A stretch of DNA of 64,000 nucleotides. It comes from Candidatus Lloydbacteria bacterium. GTDB taxonomy: Bacteria; Patescibacteriota; Minisyncoccia; Phycocordibacterales; UBA6899. The stretch lies in the NCBI GenBank assembly GCA_043719805.1, contig JAYSTI010000015.1, forward strand, positions 4,881-68,880, written 5' to 3'. The notes beneath the pieces are model-generated. The model worked only from the letters and a program-made list of their open reading frames with translations, made no database searches and had not been told where the DNA came from. Below, in pieces: positions 20,501 through 30,034 of the stretch (position 1 is its first letter; each line of letters opens with the position of its first letter). Both the position numbers and the translations under genes were made by a program.

Positions 20501-22842
20501 TTTGGCTCAAGGCACACGTTGCGGCAACGTCGACTGCCAACATCACCATTTACGGAAAAGTGGGCACCTCGTCAGAAGTATCGCACGCCATTACTATCGG
20601 TGGGGTAAATCCGCGCTCGGGGGATGACCATAATTTAATATTAGATATGTCGGACAAAGCGGGGAATTTCTATACTGCGTCGACGGCACTCGCGGGGGCA
20701 GAGCAATTTAGCGCCGGTGCGGCCCCTATGGCTATCGAGGTCTATTTTACATTTACGTGGGCGGGAAATTTTGGCGGACTACAAACGCGAACCGCAACAT
20801 TCTCGGCAACACAGCAAGGACTCAACGCACTTGCAAACGATTACAACAACCGCCCCGCGTATATTAGCCTGCCTGAAACAGTGACGAAGACTTATCGTAG
20901 TGCATATCTTGAAACGAAGTTTATGCATTCGCAGGCGGCAAATATTTCCGCAGGAAATCTCACGATTGGCGTGAATGGTTCCTCTACGGTGATTCAGGAG
21001 TCTGCCGATACAGTGAATGAGTCCTACGCCTCCACATATTTTGCTCCGATTGCCTCCTCGACGTTCTCAGATGGGAATACGATTTCATGGACGGGGCGCG
21101 TCATTGAAATAAACGAATCAAAGAGTCAGGCGAACTTGGCGGGTTTCGCGAATATTGTGGTAGTGACCTATGACGCAAATCAAGAACTGTTGGTCCCAAC
21201 CTTCACGCAAAATTATTTCCAATTTTATCAGGACAATGACACCATCACGCCAACCGTTGCATGGCCGTCGAGCTCAGGGCCTATAGGAGAAAATGCGGAG
21301 ATAACGGCCGCGGACAATCCTCCCGCAAATGGTGACCGCGTGCGCATCCGCATGTCACTCAAAGTCGCGACGACAACGATGACTGCCTCGTCGACGCAAT
21401 TTAATTTGCAGTTTGCACAAAAAATTTCTACATGTAGCGCCGTTGCCTCATGGACCGATCTTGGCGTACCTGCGTCCGGTGCGCTCTGGAGAGGGTACAA
21501 CGCAACTCCTGTTTCAGGGGTACAACTTGCGGGTGGTGACCCACCCCCGGGAGGAACGGTGAAGCTTTCTGTTTCTGATTCTGCCGGAACATATCAAGAG
21601 TCGAATCCGACCGCGGTGAATCCGTTTGCGGTCATTGTTGGAAACGATGTTGAGTACGACTGGAATATTCAGAGCAACAATGCCGCAACAAATACGCCGT
21701 ACTGTTTCCGCATGACGAAGTCTGACGATAGCGCATTCTTTAGTTACGATTTTTATCCCGTCATCACAACAAGAGGATTTTTCCCTGAAGAAAAAAATTG
21801 GCGCTGGTATGACGATGAGACGGTGGCGAACCCAACCGTGCCGCTTTCGGGTGCAGGAGAGGGTGTTGCGCCGACGAACGTCGCGAACGGAAATACCATC
21901 AAACTCAGGCTCACTATCAATGAAGCTAACGCATCAATCGGCCCGAATCAAAAATTCCGTTTACAGTTCTCGACCTATTCTGATTTTTCCGCGAATGTGA
22001 ATTATGTTGAGGCGACTTCAACGTGTAGGGCCATCTCACAGTGGTGCTATGGCGATGGTGTCGACTTCAACAATGCTCCGGTGACGGCACCACTTCGACT
22101 GTCGGACTCGACCGCTGGTGGCACACACAACGAAGATGCCACAAGTACGACGTCATTCTATGCGCCAGCGTCAACTGCGGTAGAGTATGAATTTACTCTG
22201 CGCGGGCAGCGGGCATTCTGGAACACGACATATTTCTTCCGCGCATATGACGTGAATCATTCTCGCGCCGTTTCGCTCGGGAGCGGGGAAAGCTACCCAT
22301 CACTTTCTGTCGAGGGGACAACGCTTTCGTTTAGTATCGCGGGGATATCGACCTCGACAGTAATCGTTGGTGAAGGGGTGACGACGGACATCACCACCTA
22401 TCCGGCGGAAACAAGATTCATGTCCATTGCTCCGGGGTCGACAAAGATAGCTGCGCAGACACTTTCAGTCACGACGAATGCGGAAAACGGATATCAGGTA
22501 TTTTTGGGCACCGATGGGTGGTTTATGGGGTCGGGTGCACATGTTCCCGACATAGTGAGCACGAATGCGGTTCCGCTCGACTGGGCAGCTGCCTGCCCCG
22601 GTGCGCTCTCCGGATGTTTCGGCTATCATGCGGGTGATGACACACTCTTGGGGTCGACGCGATTTGTTCTTCCCGACACTTATGCGCCCTTTGCTTCAAC
22701 GACACTCGAGGAGGTGATGTACAATTCCGGCCCCGTAACTGCCGACACCGCCGACATGGTTTATCGCCTTGATATTCGTAACGCCCAGCCTGCGGGACAA
22801 TATTCCGTTCGGCTCACTTACCTCGTAGTTCCCACCTTCTAA
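17521..22842 (+). CDS. Giant surface protein (1773 aa) with an internal tandem duplication and a C-terminal WRGY-containing domain
   Basis: A single ORF with an N-terminal TM segment. Two repeats of about 584 aa (near 17704..19455 and 19456..21183) both begin KHLRTVEF(I/V)LGGGT. The tail resembles regions of the giant ORF at 49091. Confidence 0.8.
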   Translation: MKQLHFNVIRSIRRRARRVLRTSGIFFLTLLTIFYSFGGLDFYLGLMTPFAPREAEAAYTGKHLRTVEFILGGGTEASSRATTLLTYFGSATSTTKGPAGTMPVKIQGSSIEVKSAYIDVAYVIASQTNITNEDVTIDVGGSSSGGTDARVAELVGASLYAQSGAFTSYVRHQYDVTSFFDRQSDASFNAGIPVVASVAVTGPTRSLTTLRLVVTYEQNYSASVHTETKTVRFPLASTAASDRGTRGTVCAAATTCTFLATSTIPDAALDADIVSVYVEMHGEVSSNLSSNWRIGIRGGTGTNATSSPFAWSELLTDAPVYTTIWSPTVGSPNFQRNAVMTFDVLTGTAPVNALGGELVITYSFSTNAAVQTETVRYFMDQRTAGPGTTRNNFATTSMTISNGGLSMKNVWFKVHTAPFAASTFTLFGKVGTSTEVTRGITIAAGNTRAGNDHTIIFDMSDKAGNFFTAATDVMGATQFSAGGAPPGVEAYFTFTWSGSAGGAETKTVTFSAAQQGTNAITGDFNNRPAYLSLPETVTKTYRSAYLETKYMHSQASASFAIGTLTIAVNGSSTVITEVGDTESYASTYFAQIASSTFSDGNTIAWTERAIEISEGKNVANLTSFANMVVVTYDVDFSITQVTPPAKHLRTVEFVLGGGTDTTSRATAVLAYGGATWNTVKGTAGTRSVMIKGSGIAVKNAYLDVSYVINTSAVVTNENVFIDVGGSSSGGTDARVSELLAASLWAASGLSGYQRHQYDVTAFFDRQGDASWNTGIPVATAVSVTGPSHSLTTVRLVITYEENYSLVPHTETKTVRFPLSSMVAGDRGTRSTVCAAATTCSFLATSTIPDAVADGDIVDVYVEIHGEVDSNAASTFQVGIRGGSGGNATSTAYNWTEVLLDDNTKTAIWRPTVGSPNFQRNAVMTFDVLIGAVPMNALGGELVVTYNYSTGAALQTETVRYFMDQNATSTPGNARSEFPTTTMTISNVGLSMQNIWLKAHVAATSTANITIYGKVGTSSEVSHAITIGGVNPRSGDDHNLILDMSDKAGNFYTASTALAGAEQFSAGAAPMAIEVYFTFTWAGNFGGLQTRTATFSATQQGLNALANDYNNRPAYISLPETVTKTYRSAYLETKFMHSQAANISAGNLTIGVNGSSTVIQESADTVNESYASTYFAPIASSTFSDGNTISWTGRVIEINESKSQANLAGFANIVVVTYDANQELLVPTFTQNYFQFYQDNDTITPTVAWPSSSGPIGENAEITAADNPPANGDRVRIRMSLKVATTTMTASSTQFNLQFAQKISTCSAVASWTDLGVPASGALWRGYNATPVSGVQLAGGDPPPGGTVKLSVSDSAGTYQESNPTAVNPFAVIVGNDVEYDWNIQSNNAATNTPYCFRMTKSDDSAFFSYDFYPVITTRGFFPEEKNWRWYDDETVANPTVPLSGAGEGVAPTNVANGNTIKLRLTINEANASIGPNQKFRLQFSTYSDFSANVNYVEATSTCRAISQWCYGDGVDFNNAPVTAPLRLSDSTAGGTHNEDATSTTSFYAPASTAVEYEFTLRGQRAFWNTTYFFRAYDVNHSRAVSLGSGESYPSLSVEGTTLSFSIAGISTSTVIVGEGVTTDITTYPAETRFMSIAPGSTKIAAQTLSVTTNAENGYQVFLGTDGWFMGSGAHVPDIVSTNAVPLDWAAACPGALSGCFGYHAGDDTLLGSTRFVLPDTYAPFASTTLEEVMYNSGPVTADTADMVYRLDIRNAQPAGQYSVRLTYLVVPTF
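17704..21183 (+). repeat. Two tandem intragenic repeats of about 1.75 kb each
   Basis: The repeat protein segments are collinear from KHLRTVEF to VVVTYD. Identity is roughly 65-70% at the amino-acid level, estimated by eye. Confidence 0.8.
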
Positions 22843-22932
22843 ACATTCCACATGCAAACATCTGCCACCCCAAAGTGCATTTCAGTCGTTGTCCCCACTA
22901 CTTCTTGGGAATCCTACTCTATAATAAGAAGC

Positions 22933-24207
22933 ATGACGGAAAAGAGGAATCCGCGGGCATTTTGGTATACGATGCTGTTTTCTTTTTTGCTCTCACTCAT
23001 GTTTGCACCGCTCGCGCATGCTGAGGATTTCTCAGTAATCCCTGCAGTCATCGACGGGAAGGGGAAGTCGCGTGAGATTCTTCGCTACACGCTGACCGTC
23101 GAGAACACCACAAAGCACATGCTCCAGCTCTATCCGTGGGTCGCCGACCTCGACGCCGCTTCCGGTGCGACGGCGGGAAGCGATCTTGGCGGCGGGTCAC
23201 CGGGAGAATCGCGTATGGCCTCACCTTCCCGCTGGATAGAGATTAGTCGAGCAATGATTGACCTGCTTCCCGGTGAGAAGAAGGATATTCCGGTTCTGAT
23301 ACAAATAGACATGAATGCGGAGCCGGGAATTTACCATGCACTCATTCACGTGAGTGACGGCAGCAATCGCGCCGTTGCAGAGGCGAATGTCGCAGGTACG
23401 CGCGACACCGCGGTCAACATCGAAGTGCTTGATGACATTCACGAGCGGCTCGAGTTGAATACGTTTATGCCTGATAAGAATTTTTTCAGCGGCACCAACG
23501 CGTCATTCAATTATCGCATTGAAAACATCGGCAATCGCGGAGTTACTCCAACGGGCAAAATTCATATTTTTGACCGTAGAGGTGAAGAGGTTGCCGCCAT
23601 CGACGCAAATCAGGACAATCGTCGCCTTGAGCCGAACCAGAAAGAACTGCTCGCCTCAGTGTGGTCGGCAAACGGACATTTTGGACGGTACAAAGCGATG
23701 CTCGAGCTTGATTATGGCGCGCGTGGCGTTGTGCAAGATACGGTGTATTTTTGGATTATGCCTTGGACGAAACTGCTCGGCATGTTTGGGACCATCTGTT
23801 TGATGGGAGTTATCTTGGCGCTTGTGGCGCAGTCGTGGGGAATGGCGCAGCGCGGACCGCGACGACGTTTCGCTTTCTCTTTTTTGAGATCATCGCGTGG
23901 TCCCCGTGAGCTTGAGTTCTCGCCGGACGAAGAGGACAAAGATGCGCGCGAGGCATACGTCGACGGCATCACGGAGGTCGCAATTCCTCCACGCACCCGT
24001 ACGCGCTACAGCGTGGCCGAGCGAGAGCCGCGAACTCACGCACGCGAGACTCATGTGATTCATGACGAGTTGCACGCACTCGCTAGTGCAGGGAGGGGCG
24101 CGACGCATTCAGATGGTGCGCACACTGAGGGGCACAAGGTGCATCTGACCAAGAAAGAAAAATACATCGACCCGAATCATATCGTCACATTGGGAAGGAG
24201 GAAGTGA
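22933..24207 (+). CDS. Paralogue family A, copy 1. It is a cell-surface beta-sandwich protein with a C-terminal TM anchor and a basic cytoplasmic tail, with a DUF916/DUF3324-like (CscA-like) architecture.
   Basis: It has a signal peptide, a beta-rich domain of about 250 aa, a TM helix (LLGMFGTICLMGVILALVA) and a charged tail. It is paralogous to 24230..25615 and 36240..37316. Confidence 0.55.
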   Translation: MTEKRNPRAFWYTMLFSFLLSLMFAPLAHAEDFSVIPAVIDGKGKSREILRYTLTVENTTKHMLQLYPWVADLDAASGATAGSDLGGGSPGESRMASPSRWIEISRAMIDLLPGEKKDIPVLIQIDMNAEPGIYHALIHVSDGSNRAVAEANVAGTRDTAVNIEVLDDIHERLELNTFMPDKNFFSGTNASFNYRIENIGNRGVTPTGKIHIFDRRGEEVAAIDANQDNRRLEPNQKELLASVWSANGHFGRYKAMLELDYGARGVVQDTVYFWIMPWTKLLGMFGTICLMGVILALVAQSWGMAQRGPRRRFAFSFLRSSRGPRELEFSPDEEDKDAREAYVDGITEVAIPPRTRTRYSVAEREPRTHARETHVIHDELHALASAGRGATHSDGAHTEGHKVHLTKKEKYIDPNHIVTLGRRK

Positions 24208-24229
24208 TGCGTATCGCGGCATTTATACT

Positions 24230-25615
24230 ATGCAAAAAATGAAACAGTACACATTGTCTCCGGTTAGTTCGCTCACGCGACCCTGCTCCATTGCCATTTC
24301 CGCAATACTGTTTTTCGCACTGTTCCTACTTGTTCCCTCCGCCGCCTTCGCACAAGTCGATAAGAGTAGTCTCTCCATCACCATCGCCCCTCCGCTCTAT
24401 CAGCTTACTATTGCACCGGGCACATTGTGGAAGAGCACACTGCGCATCGTGAATACAAATCCCTATCCGCTCTCCATTCATACGGAGGTCGCAGATTTTC
24501 ATCCGAATGGGGAAACGGGAAATGCGGTGTTTGATAATTTGTCTCAGGGTAGTCCGGAAGACACTCGCCTCATGTCGGGGTGGATAATACTTCCCCCAGG
24601 TGATATCACGGTGCCACCTGACCAATCGTATGAGATTCCATTTTCAATCATGGTCCCACCGAATGCGGACCCGGGAGGGCACTACGGCGCCATTATGGTG
24701 GGCACACTTCCGCCGGACAACGTAGGTGGTAGCGGCGCGAGTGTCGGTACGATGCTCTCTTCGCTTATCTTCTTGCGCGTTCCCGGAGAGGTAATCGAGG
24801 AAGGGCTCATTCGTGACTTTTATGCCGCGAAGGATGTGGTGCCCTCGCCACTGCAGTCGTTTGTGTTGCGTTTCGAGAATAAAGGGAATGTGCATCTCGT
24901 TCCTCAGGGGCAAATCGTCATCACGAATATGTGGGGGAAGACGCGCGGGACAATAAACGTAAATGCAAAAAGTTCATTTGGTAACGTACTCCCCGGTTCA
25001 ACGAGAAAATTCGCCTTCGAATGGAAAGGGGAGGAGTCTATTTTTGATATCGGTCGCTACAAAGTGGAGGCGGTGCTTTCATATGGTGACCAAAACAAGC
25101 AGAGCGCCGTGCGCATAACGCACTTCTGGATTATTCCGTGGTTCAAAGTTTCCGCCACGCTCTTTACCGTCTTCTTTCTTGCGTGGTTCTTTACGTGGTC
25201 TATCAAGCGCTATATTCGCAATGCACTTCGGTTGGAGCGACAACGAATTTTTGGAGATGAGGGAGCGGAGCACAAAACAGCACATCGCGACACCAAGGCC
25301 ACACATCATCCGGCTCCTCATCACGAAGCTATGCCTCCGCGACTTACTCTCGACGTCCTGCGGCGCCCGCTTGTCGTTGGTGCAACGGAGCTGTCTCGCG
25401 GCAGATCAATGCCCGCTCACGTGGCGCACGCGAAGGAGAAGCACGCAAAACGGACCAAACACTTCTCATACATAGAGTGGGCAAAACGCTACCGCCTCTT
25501 CATTCTCTTCGTCCTAGTATTTGTCATGGGCTGTGCATTTATTTCTTGGTACTTCGTCGAAGTCTTCAAGGAGGAGCGCACTTACAACGTCACCGAAATC
25601 CGCCCGAAGGGGTAG
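24230..25615 (+). CDS. Paralogue family A, copy 2 (DUF916/DUF3324-like surface protein)
   Basis: It has the same signal, beta-domain, TM (WFKVSATLFTVFFLAWFFTW) and tail architecture. It shares the motifs SxxxxPPxYxL, G(Q/R)YKA(M/V) and F(W/I)I(M/I)PW with copy 1. Confidence 0.6.
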   Translation: MQKMKQYTLSPVSSLTRPCSIAISAILFFALFLLVPSAAFAQVDKSSLSITIAPPLYQLTIAPGTLWKSTLRIVNTNPYPLSIHTEVADFHPNGETGNAVFDNLSQGSPEDTRLMSGWIILPPGDITVPPDQSYEIPFSIMVPPNADPGGHYGAIMVGTLPPDNVGGSGASVGTMLSSLIFLRVPGEVIEEGLIRDFYAAKDVVPSPLQSFVLRFENKGNVHLVPQGQIVITNMWGKTRGTINVNAKSSFGNVLPGSTRKFAFEWKGEESIFDIGRYKVEAVLSYGDQNKQSAVRITHFWIIPWFKVSATLFTVFFLAWFFTWSIKRYIRNALRLERQRIFGDEGAEHKTAHRDTKATHHPAPHHEAMPPRLTLDVLRRPLVVGATELSRGRSMPAHVAHAKEKHAKRTKHFSYIEWAKRYRLFILFVLVFVMGCAFISWYFVEVFKEERTYNVTEIRPKG

Positions 25616-25716
25616 TGGGCATTAATCTCTACTTATATATAGACATTTCATTCTGTCTTGATAGAGTAGAGTGATGAAATTACAATTGAGTCCGTGGTTG
25701 AAATACAATCAATAAG

Positions 25717-26292
25717 ATGACACTTGTATCAAAAAAATATGTCGTTATGTGTGTTGGGTACACGCATTCAGGTAAAACAACGTTCGCAAAAAAAATTGCA
25801 AAAACCGTTAGCAATCTCGTGCTGATAGATACAGACGAAATTGCAAGCTTCGTTATGGAGCGTTACCCGGCAGCCGTCCTCTCTTTGCACAACAAACAAA
25901 AAAGAGATTTCAGAAACCCGAACCTCAAATTCCTTCTCTGGAAAGGCGTATTGAAATTCTGCTTAGATGCAGGCGTTAACGTCATGTTGTCCAATGGAAA
26001 TCTTGGGAAAGATATCCGCTCACTGATTTGCCGTACAGCAAAAGCAAATGGGTACAAGGTTGTTACGGTTTATTTTAATATTCCGACCGAGACTGTTGCG
26101 AGCAGGATTAAGTCTTCAAAGAAAAGCACGAAGATGTTTGTTCATTCGAAAAAATGGCAAGTGGTTTTAGATAAGCAGAAAGGATATGCAGAGCTTCCGC
26201 CTTCCAAAAAAGACACCACGTATTTTGAAATTCAAAAAAACGCAGACTATGGTTTGGTTGAGACAGGCATAGTACGGCTTCTATGCAAGTAG
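25717..26292 (+). CDS. P-loop kinase (AAA_33 / zeta-toxin-like ATP-binding protein)
   Basis: The Walker A motif GYTHSGKTT is present. The ORF is about 190 aa, similar in size to small nucleotide or antibiotic kinases. Confidence 0.6.
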   Translation: MTLVSKKYVVMCVGYTHSGKTTFAKKIAKTVSNLVLIDTDEIASFVMERYPAAVLSLHNKQKRDFRNPNLKFLLWKGVLKFCLDAGVNVMLSNGNLGKDIRSLICRTAKANGYKVVTVYFNIPTETVASRIKSSKKSTKMFVHSKKWQVVLDKQKGYAELPPSKKDTTYFEIQKNADYGLVETGIVRLLCK

Positions 26293-26505
26293 AGCGCGAG
26301 GGTTCGATGTCGCGTATGCCACTGTTTTGAGGCGATACATGTTTCAAGTGGAAGGTGACGAGGGAAGTTCCCTTGTTGAGCGTGGATAAAACTTCCTGGA
26401 GCCTCCACAGACGAACGGCTTGGTCCGCACGGTCCTGCGGGCGGCATTCGTCGAGGATAGTTTTGCCCGCCGCTGGAAGCGGGCAAATGAGCTCCAAGAT
26501 GTTTT

Positions 26506-26620
26506 ATCCGAGCTGAAAGTTACCCGCAGTTTGTCCACCATTTTCCACAGGCAGAATATAATTAATACTAGGTTCTTTCTATGTATTCTCGGAAATCCAC
26601 ACTCTTCGGTGTGGGTGCGG
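26506..26620 (+). promoter_or_regulatory. Promoter/leader module, copy 1. It contains DnaA-box-like 9-mers, TTTTCCACA, TATAAT and a conserved leader CTATGTATTCTCGGAAATCCACACTC.
   Basis: TTTGTCCAC is at 26530..26538. TTTTCCACA is at 26541..26549. TATAAT is at 26557..26562. The leader matches copy 2. Confidence 0.45.
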
Positions 26621-26754
26621 TGGGTGGTGCTGTCGTGACGCCAGTACTCGCCCTTGTCTATGCTGTGGGTCTTGGAACCCTCTGCGCCATCTCACTTTTG
26701 GCATCACTCTTCGCTCGCTATTTTCGTAGTAGAAACCAAGAAAATCTATTTATT

Positions 26755-28032
26755 TTACGTATGCACATGCTCGGCTTCAACGGAACATATAGAGCAGGTG
26801 TCACAAATACTTGCGCCATTCCTGAACGCTTTCCATGCTTTAGATAATGGAAGAATTCTCATAAACATGCAGAGATCAACGAGGCGACGGATACCCCAGC
26901 CAACTCTTCCATAGAGGGAAAAATTTCCGATAAGTACACCAGCCCACTTGGGGCCTGCGGGGATGGCATTAATGGGCATTGTGGGTGCATAAATTGTATA
27001 GATTGGAAGTAAGCCATTTCCCAGAATCGTCTGTGCGACGACCTCACCCGCATGCCTGCCGTCATAAAGTGCCGTCTGTGCCCATCCGGAAAATTGCGTT
27101 GCCGCTCCGTCGCCAGCAACAAATATCGCAGGGTAATCTTTGATTCGTAGATGTGCATCGACTTCTACCTTTCCGCGTTTGTCGATAGGAAGTTTCCAAT
27201 TCTCATAGCTTGCATTTGCGCGAACTCCCGCAGTCCAGATCACGGTCCGTGCTTTTATTTTCATGTCTTTTAAGAATACCTCTTCGCATTCTTCACGCTC
27301 AATCGTGCGATTAAGAAAAATGTTGATGCCCAATCCGCGCAAGTGATGCTCGATGCGGTCAGTAAATGATTTCGGAAGAGCGGGGAGAATTTTAGGAGCA
27401 CCCTCGATAAGATCAACGGATACCAGCCCAGGGTCAATGCCGTATGCGCTTGCGAGTTCTCGCGCGTAGACAATGAGTTGTCCTGCCATTTCGACCCCCG
27501 TAGCACCAGCACCGATGACGACAAAGTGTGCGTCGCAGATCTGCTCGACCTTGTTGGTAAAATCTATCTTGCAGGTGAGGAGTGCTTCAGTGATGTGTTG
27601 CTTCAGCTTGAGTGCCTCGGGGATGGACTTCATGCCGTATGAGTACTCCCTGAGTCCGGGAATGCCAAAGTAATTGGTCTCAGATCCAAGTCCCAGAATA
27701 AGATAATCGTAGCGATAACGAGAACCAGAAGAACCCGTGAGCGTTTTCTCCTCTCCGTGGAGTAGGGTGATGCGGTCTTCGACCACCTCAACATGTTTTC
27801 CTTGGAATATTTCTCGGAGTGGAATGCAAACTTCCAGTGGGGAGCTTCCCGTCACTAAGCGATAGAGGGCTGCATGATATTCAAAATGTGGCTTATCTGC
27901 GACAAGTATGATTTTTACATTTGGAAGGCGTTTTTTTTCTAGCGCTAGTGCGGCTGCAACTCCAGCAAATCCACCCCCCACGATAACAATGTGCGTTTCC
28001 ATCATGCCGGGGATTATAACATAGCAAGACAT
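26755..28032 (-). CDS. ndh: Type II NADH dehydrogenase (NDH-2), a FAD-dependent pyridine nucleotide-disulfide oxidoreductase
   Basis: The FAD-binding Rossmann motif is HIVIVGGGFAGV. A second GxGxxG (VVIGAGATGVE) is present. The real start is probably the Met at 28002 (METHIV). Confidence 0.8.
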   Translation of the reverse strand: MSCYVIIPGMMETHIVIVGGGFAGVAAALALEKKRLPNVKIILVADKPHFEYHAALYRLVTGSSPLEVCIPLREIFQGKHVEVVEDRITLLHGEEKTLTGSSGSRYRYDYLILGLGSETNYFGIPGLREYSYGMKSIPEALKLKQHITEALLTCKIDFTNKVEQICDAHFVVIGAGATGVEMAGQLIVYARELASAYGIDPGLVSVDLIEGAPKILPALPKSFTDRIEHHLRGLGINIFLNRTIEREECEEVFLKDMKIKARTVIWTAGVRANASYENWKLPIDKRGKVEVDAHLRIKDYPAIFVAGDGAATQFSGWAQTALYDGRHAGEVVAQTILGNGLLPIYTIYAPTMPINAIPAGPKWAGVLIGNFSLYGRVGWGIRRLVDLCMFMRILPLSKAWKAFRNGASICDTCSICSVEAEHVHT

Positions 28033-28360
28033 TCATTTTTACGGCAGTGCTTTCTTTGCAAAAAATACGGCATAGTCATCGTGCTGTCGATGTTTCCTAT
28101 TCATGCATTTGCTGTGATTGCTTATCTCCTCAGTCTTGCGGAGGTTATGTGGAAAAGGTAAGTAGTGTGGTCTTCGCCTTTTGGCGAAGCAGGCCCGTCG
28201 AGCGACCTAAAATTTCATCGAGTCATCGAGCGCTGAAATTTGGAAGTACTCGCAGTGGTACAGAATCACAATTTTTCGCAGGAAAAATTGATGATGAGTT
28301 TTTCGTCTCACGAAGCGAGGGCGACAAGGTTGCTCTGAAAAGACTTGCTGCCCGAGTGGA

Positions 28361-28475
28361 AAGTTATCCACAGTTATCCACAGTTTGTCCACCCTTTTTC
28401 CACAGTCGTTGTATAATAAATGCTAGGTGTATTCTATGTATTCTCGGATATCCACACTCCGAGGTCAAAAGTACA
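28361..28475 (+). promoter_or_regulatory. Promoter/leader module, copy 2. It has tandem perfect DnaA boxes TTATCCACA x2 plus TTTGTCCAC, TTTTCCACA and TATAAT, followed by a conserved leader.
   Basis: TTATCCACA is at 28364..28372 and 28374..28382. TATAAT is at 28412..28417. The leader is ctatgtattctcggatatccacactccgag. Confidence 0.5.
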
Positions 28476-28785
28476 GGTGAGTCACCATCCCAAATTATTG
28501 CATTGAAAAACGCTCCAAAAGTTTTTTAATGATTCGGCTTTTCAAGTGGTACTCGCCCGCGAAAAGTCAGAATTGAGCATTGTTTTATTGGAATGTCGGT
28601 TTGCCATTATTCATCCCACCGAGTTGCGAAACTCTTGGATAATGATCTGCGGACTCTGTGCGCTGACGGGGGAAAACGAGGGGCATGAAGCGTGTGCCAC
28701 AAAGGGTTTCTCAGTGTTGGAGCCAAAATTTGTGAATCGTTAGACATTGGTTGTGTCAACTTGGAATTTATCCCACTAGTTCTTT

Positions 28786-29994
28786 ATGAGCTATCTCCAC
28801 ATGTTTCGATATCTTGCCCGATTGAAAGGGCTCGGAATCGTACTCCTGACCGCTACTATCGGTTGGGCAGTCGGTATCCCGTTTCTTATTAATACTGGTT
28901 CGGCAGCGCAACTCACATTTGTCTCCGCCACTGCGTCTTCGTCTGCACCGTCCGTCTCGACGAGTTATATGGTACGATTTACGACAACTGGTACACTCGG
29001 CAGTGGCGTTGCGGGATTTGCTTCGTCAACGAGAATTACTTTCGATCCAGTGGGTGATTCGTTCGACGTCACTTCGCTCGCTACCACTACTGATGTATTT
29101 ATTTCAGGTGGCGTTACTCAGGTGGCAAATCTTGCTAGCTGTACGGGGCCAACAACTGATGAGGTTTACGTCTCGCAGATTGGTCGTTCGCAGCCTGCGG
29201 ACTTTGTCGAGTTTACCACTTGCATGGGAGACACGGTTCCCGCAGGTGCAAAGATCGTAAATCTTCCAAACGCACACGTCACCAATCCTGGAGCGACAGG
29301 TTCCTATGTCGTTCGCATCGGCGCGGGGTTCACCAACGCCACTACGACCGGAATTGCTGACTCCGGAGATACTCGCGTGGCGATCATTAGTTCAGTCACT
29401 ATGACGGCATCTGTCGATAGCAATCTGACCTTCGCAATCACCGGTGTTGCATCGAGCTCCATTGTGAACGGTGACACAACTTCAACATCAACGACTCCAT
29501 CTGTCACGGCAATTGGGTTCGGCACGCTCTCTGTCGGGACTTCGTCTATTGCTGCGCAGGACATTTCCGTTGCAACGAACGCCGCAAATGGCTTTAGTGT
29601 CACCGTCACGCAGAGCCAGGACCTCACTGCTTCGAATGGTGCGACAATCAATGCATTCAGGGATGGGAATGCGGCGCCCGCAGGTGTATTGGCTGCCCCC
29701 GCAGCTTGGGGTGCTGCCCCGTTGGGTACTATCGGTAACGCGAATTCTTACGGTCACATGGGAATTACCTCTGAGGATGCAACGTTGCCGGCCGATGACT
29801 TCGGCTCCGCATTCTACGGAGGACTCACGTCGACCTCAACACGCACAGTGCTCTATCACACAGGCCCTGCCGATGGAACGACCGCAGATATTGGAAGGAC
29901 GCGAGTTGGATACCGCGTGCAAATCACGTCACTTCAGGAGGCGGGATCTGATTATACGAATCAGATCAGGTACGTTTGTACGCCGATCTTCTAG
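28786..29994 (+). CDS. Paralogue family B, copy 1. It is a secreted or membrane-anchored beta-rich protein with a conserved post-TM segment (QLxxVSATASSSAPSVST...RFT) and an invariant C-terminus (...RYVCTPIF).
   Basis: A 402-aa ORF with an N-terminal TM. It is paralogous to 30035..31201 and 34673..35839. Confidence 0.65.
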   Translation: MSYLHMFRYLARLKGLGIVLLTATIGWAVGIPFLINTGSAAQLTFVSATASSSAPSVSTSYMVRFTTTGTLGSGVAGFASSTRITFDPVGDSFDVTSLATTTDVFISGGVTQVANLASCTGPTTDEVYVSQIGRSQPADFVEFTTCMGDTVPAGAKIVNLPNAHVTNPGATGSYVVRIGAGFTNATTTGIADSGDTRVAIISSVTMTASVDSNLTFAITGVASSSIVNGDTTSTSTTPSVTAIGFGTLSVGTSSIAAQDISVATNAANGFSVTVTQSQDLTASNGATINAFRDGNAAPAGVLAAPAAWGAAPLGTIGNANSYGHMGITSEDATLPADDFGSAFYGGLTSTSTRTVLYHTGPADGTTADIGRTRVGYRVQITSLQEAGSDYTNQIRYVCTPIF

Positions 29995-30034
29995 GATGCT
30001 GCCCACCTAACTTATCTAGCAAACAAAAATACCA

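Noticed and set aside
25616-25716. Inverted repeat ctctactt...agagtagag between the family-A copy 2 gene and the P-loop kinase gene
   Set aside because: The stem is short (7-8 bp) with a long AT-rich loop. It is weak as a terminator and unremarkable.
28047-28529. 160-aa plus-strand ORF downstream of ndh
   Set aside because: It spans promoter module copy 2 (the DnaA boxes and TATAAT lie inside it). Its composition is not protein-like. It is more likely non-coding regulatory DNA.
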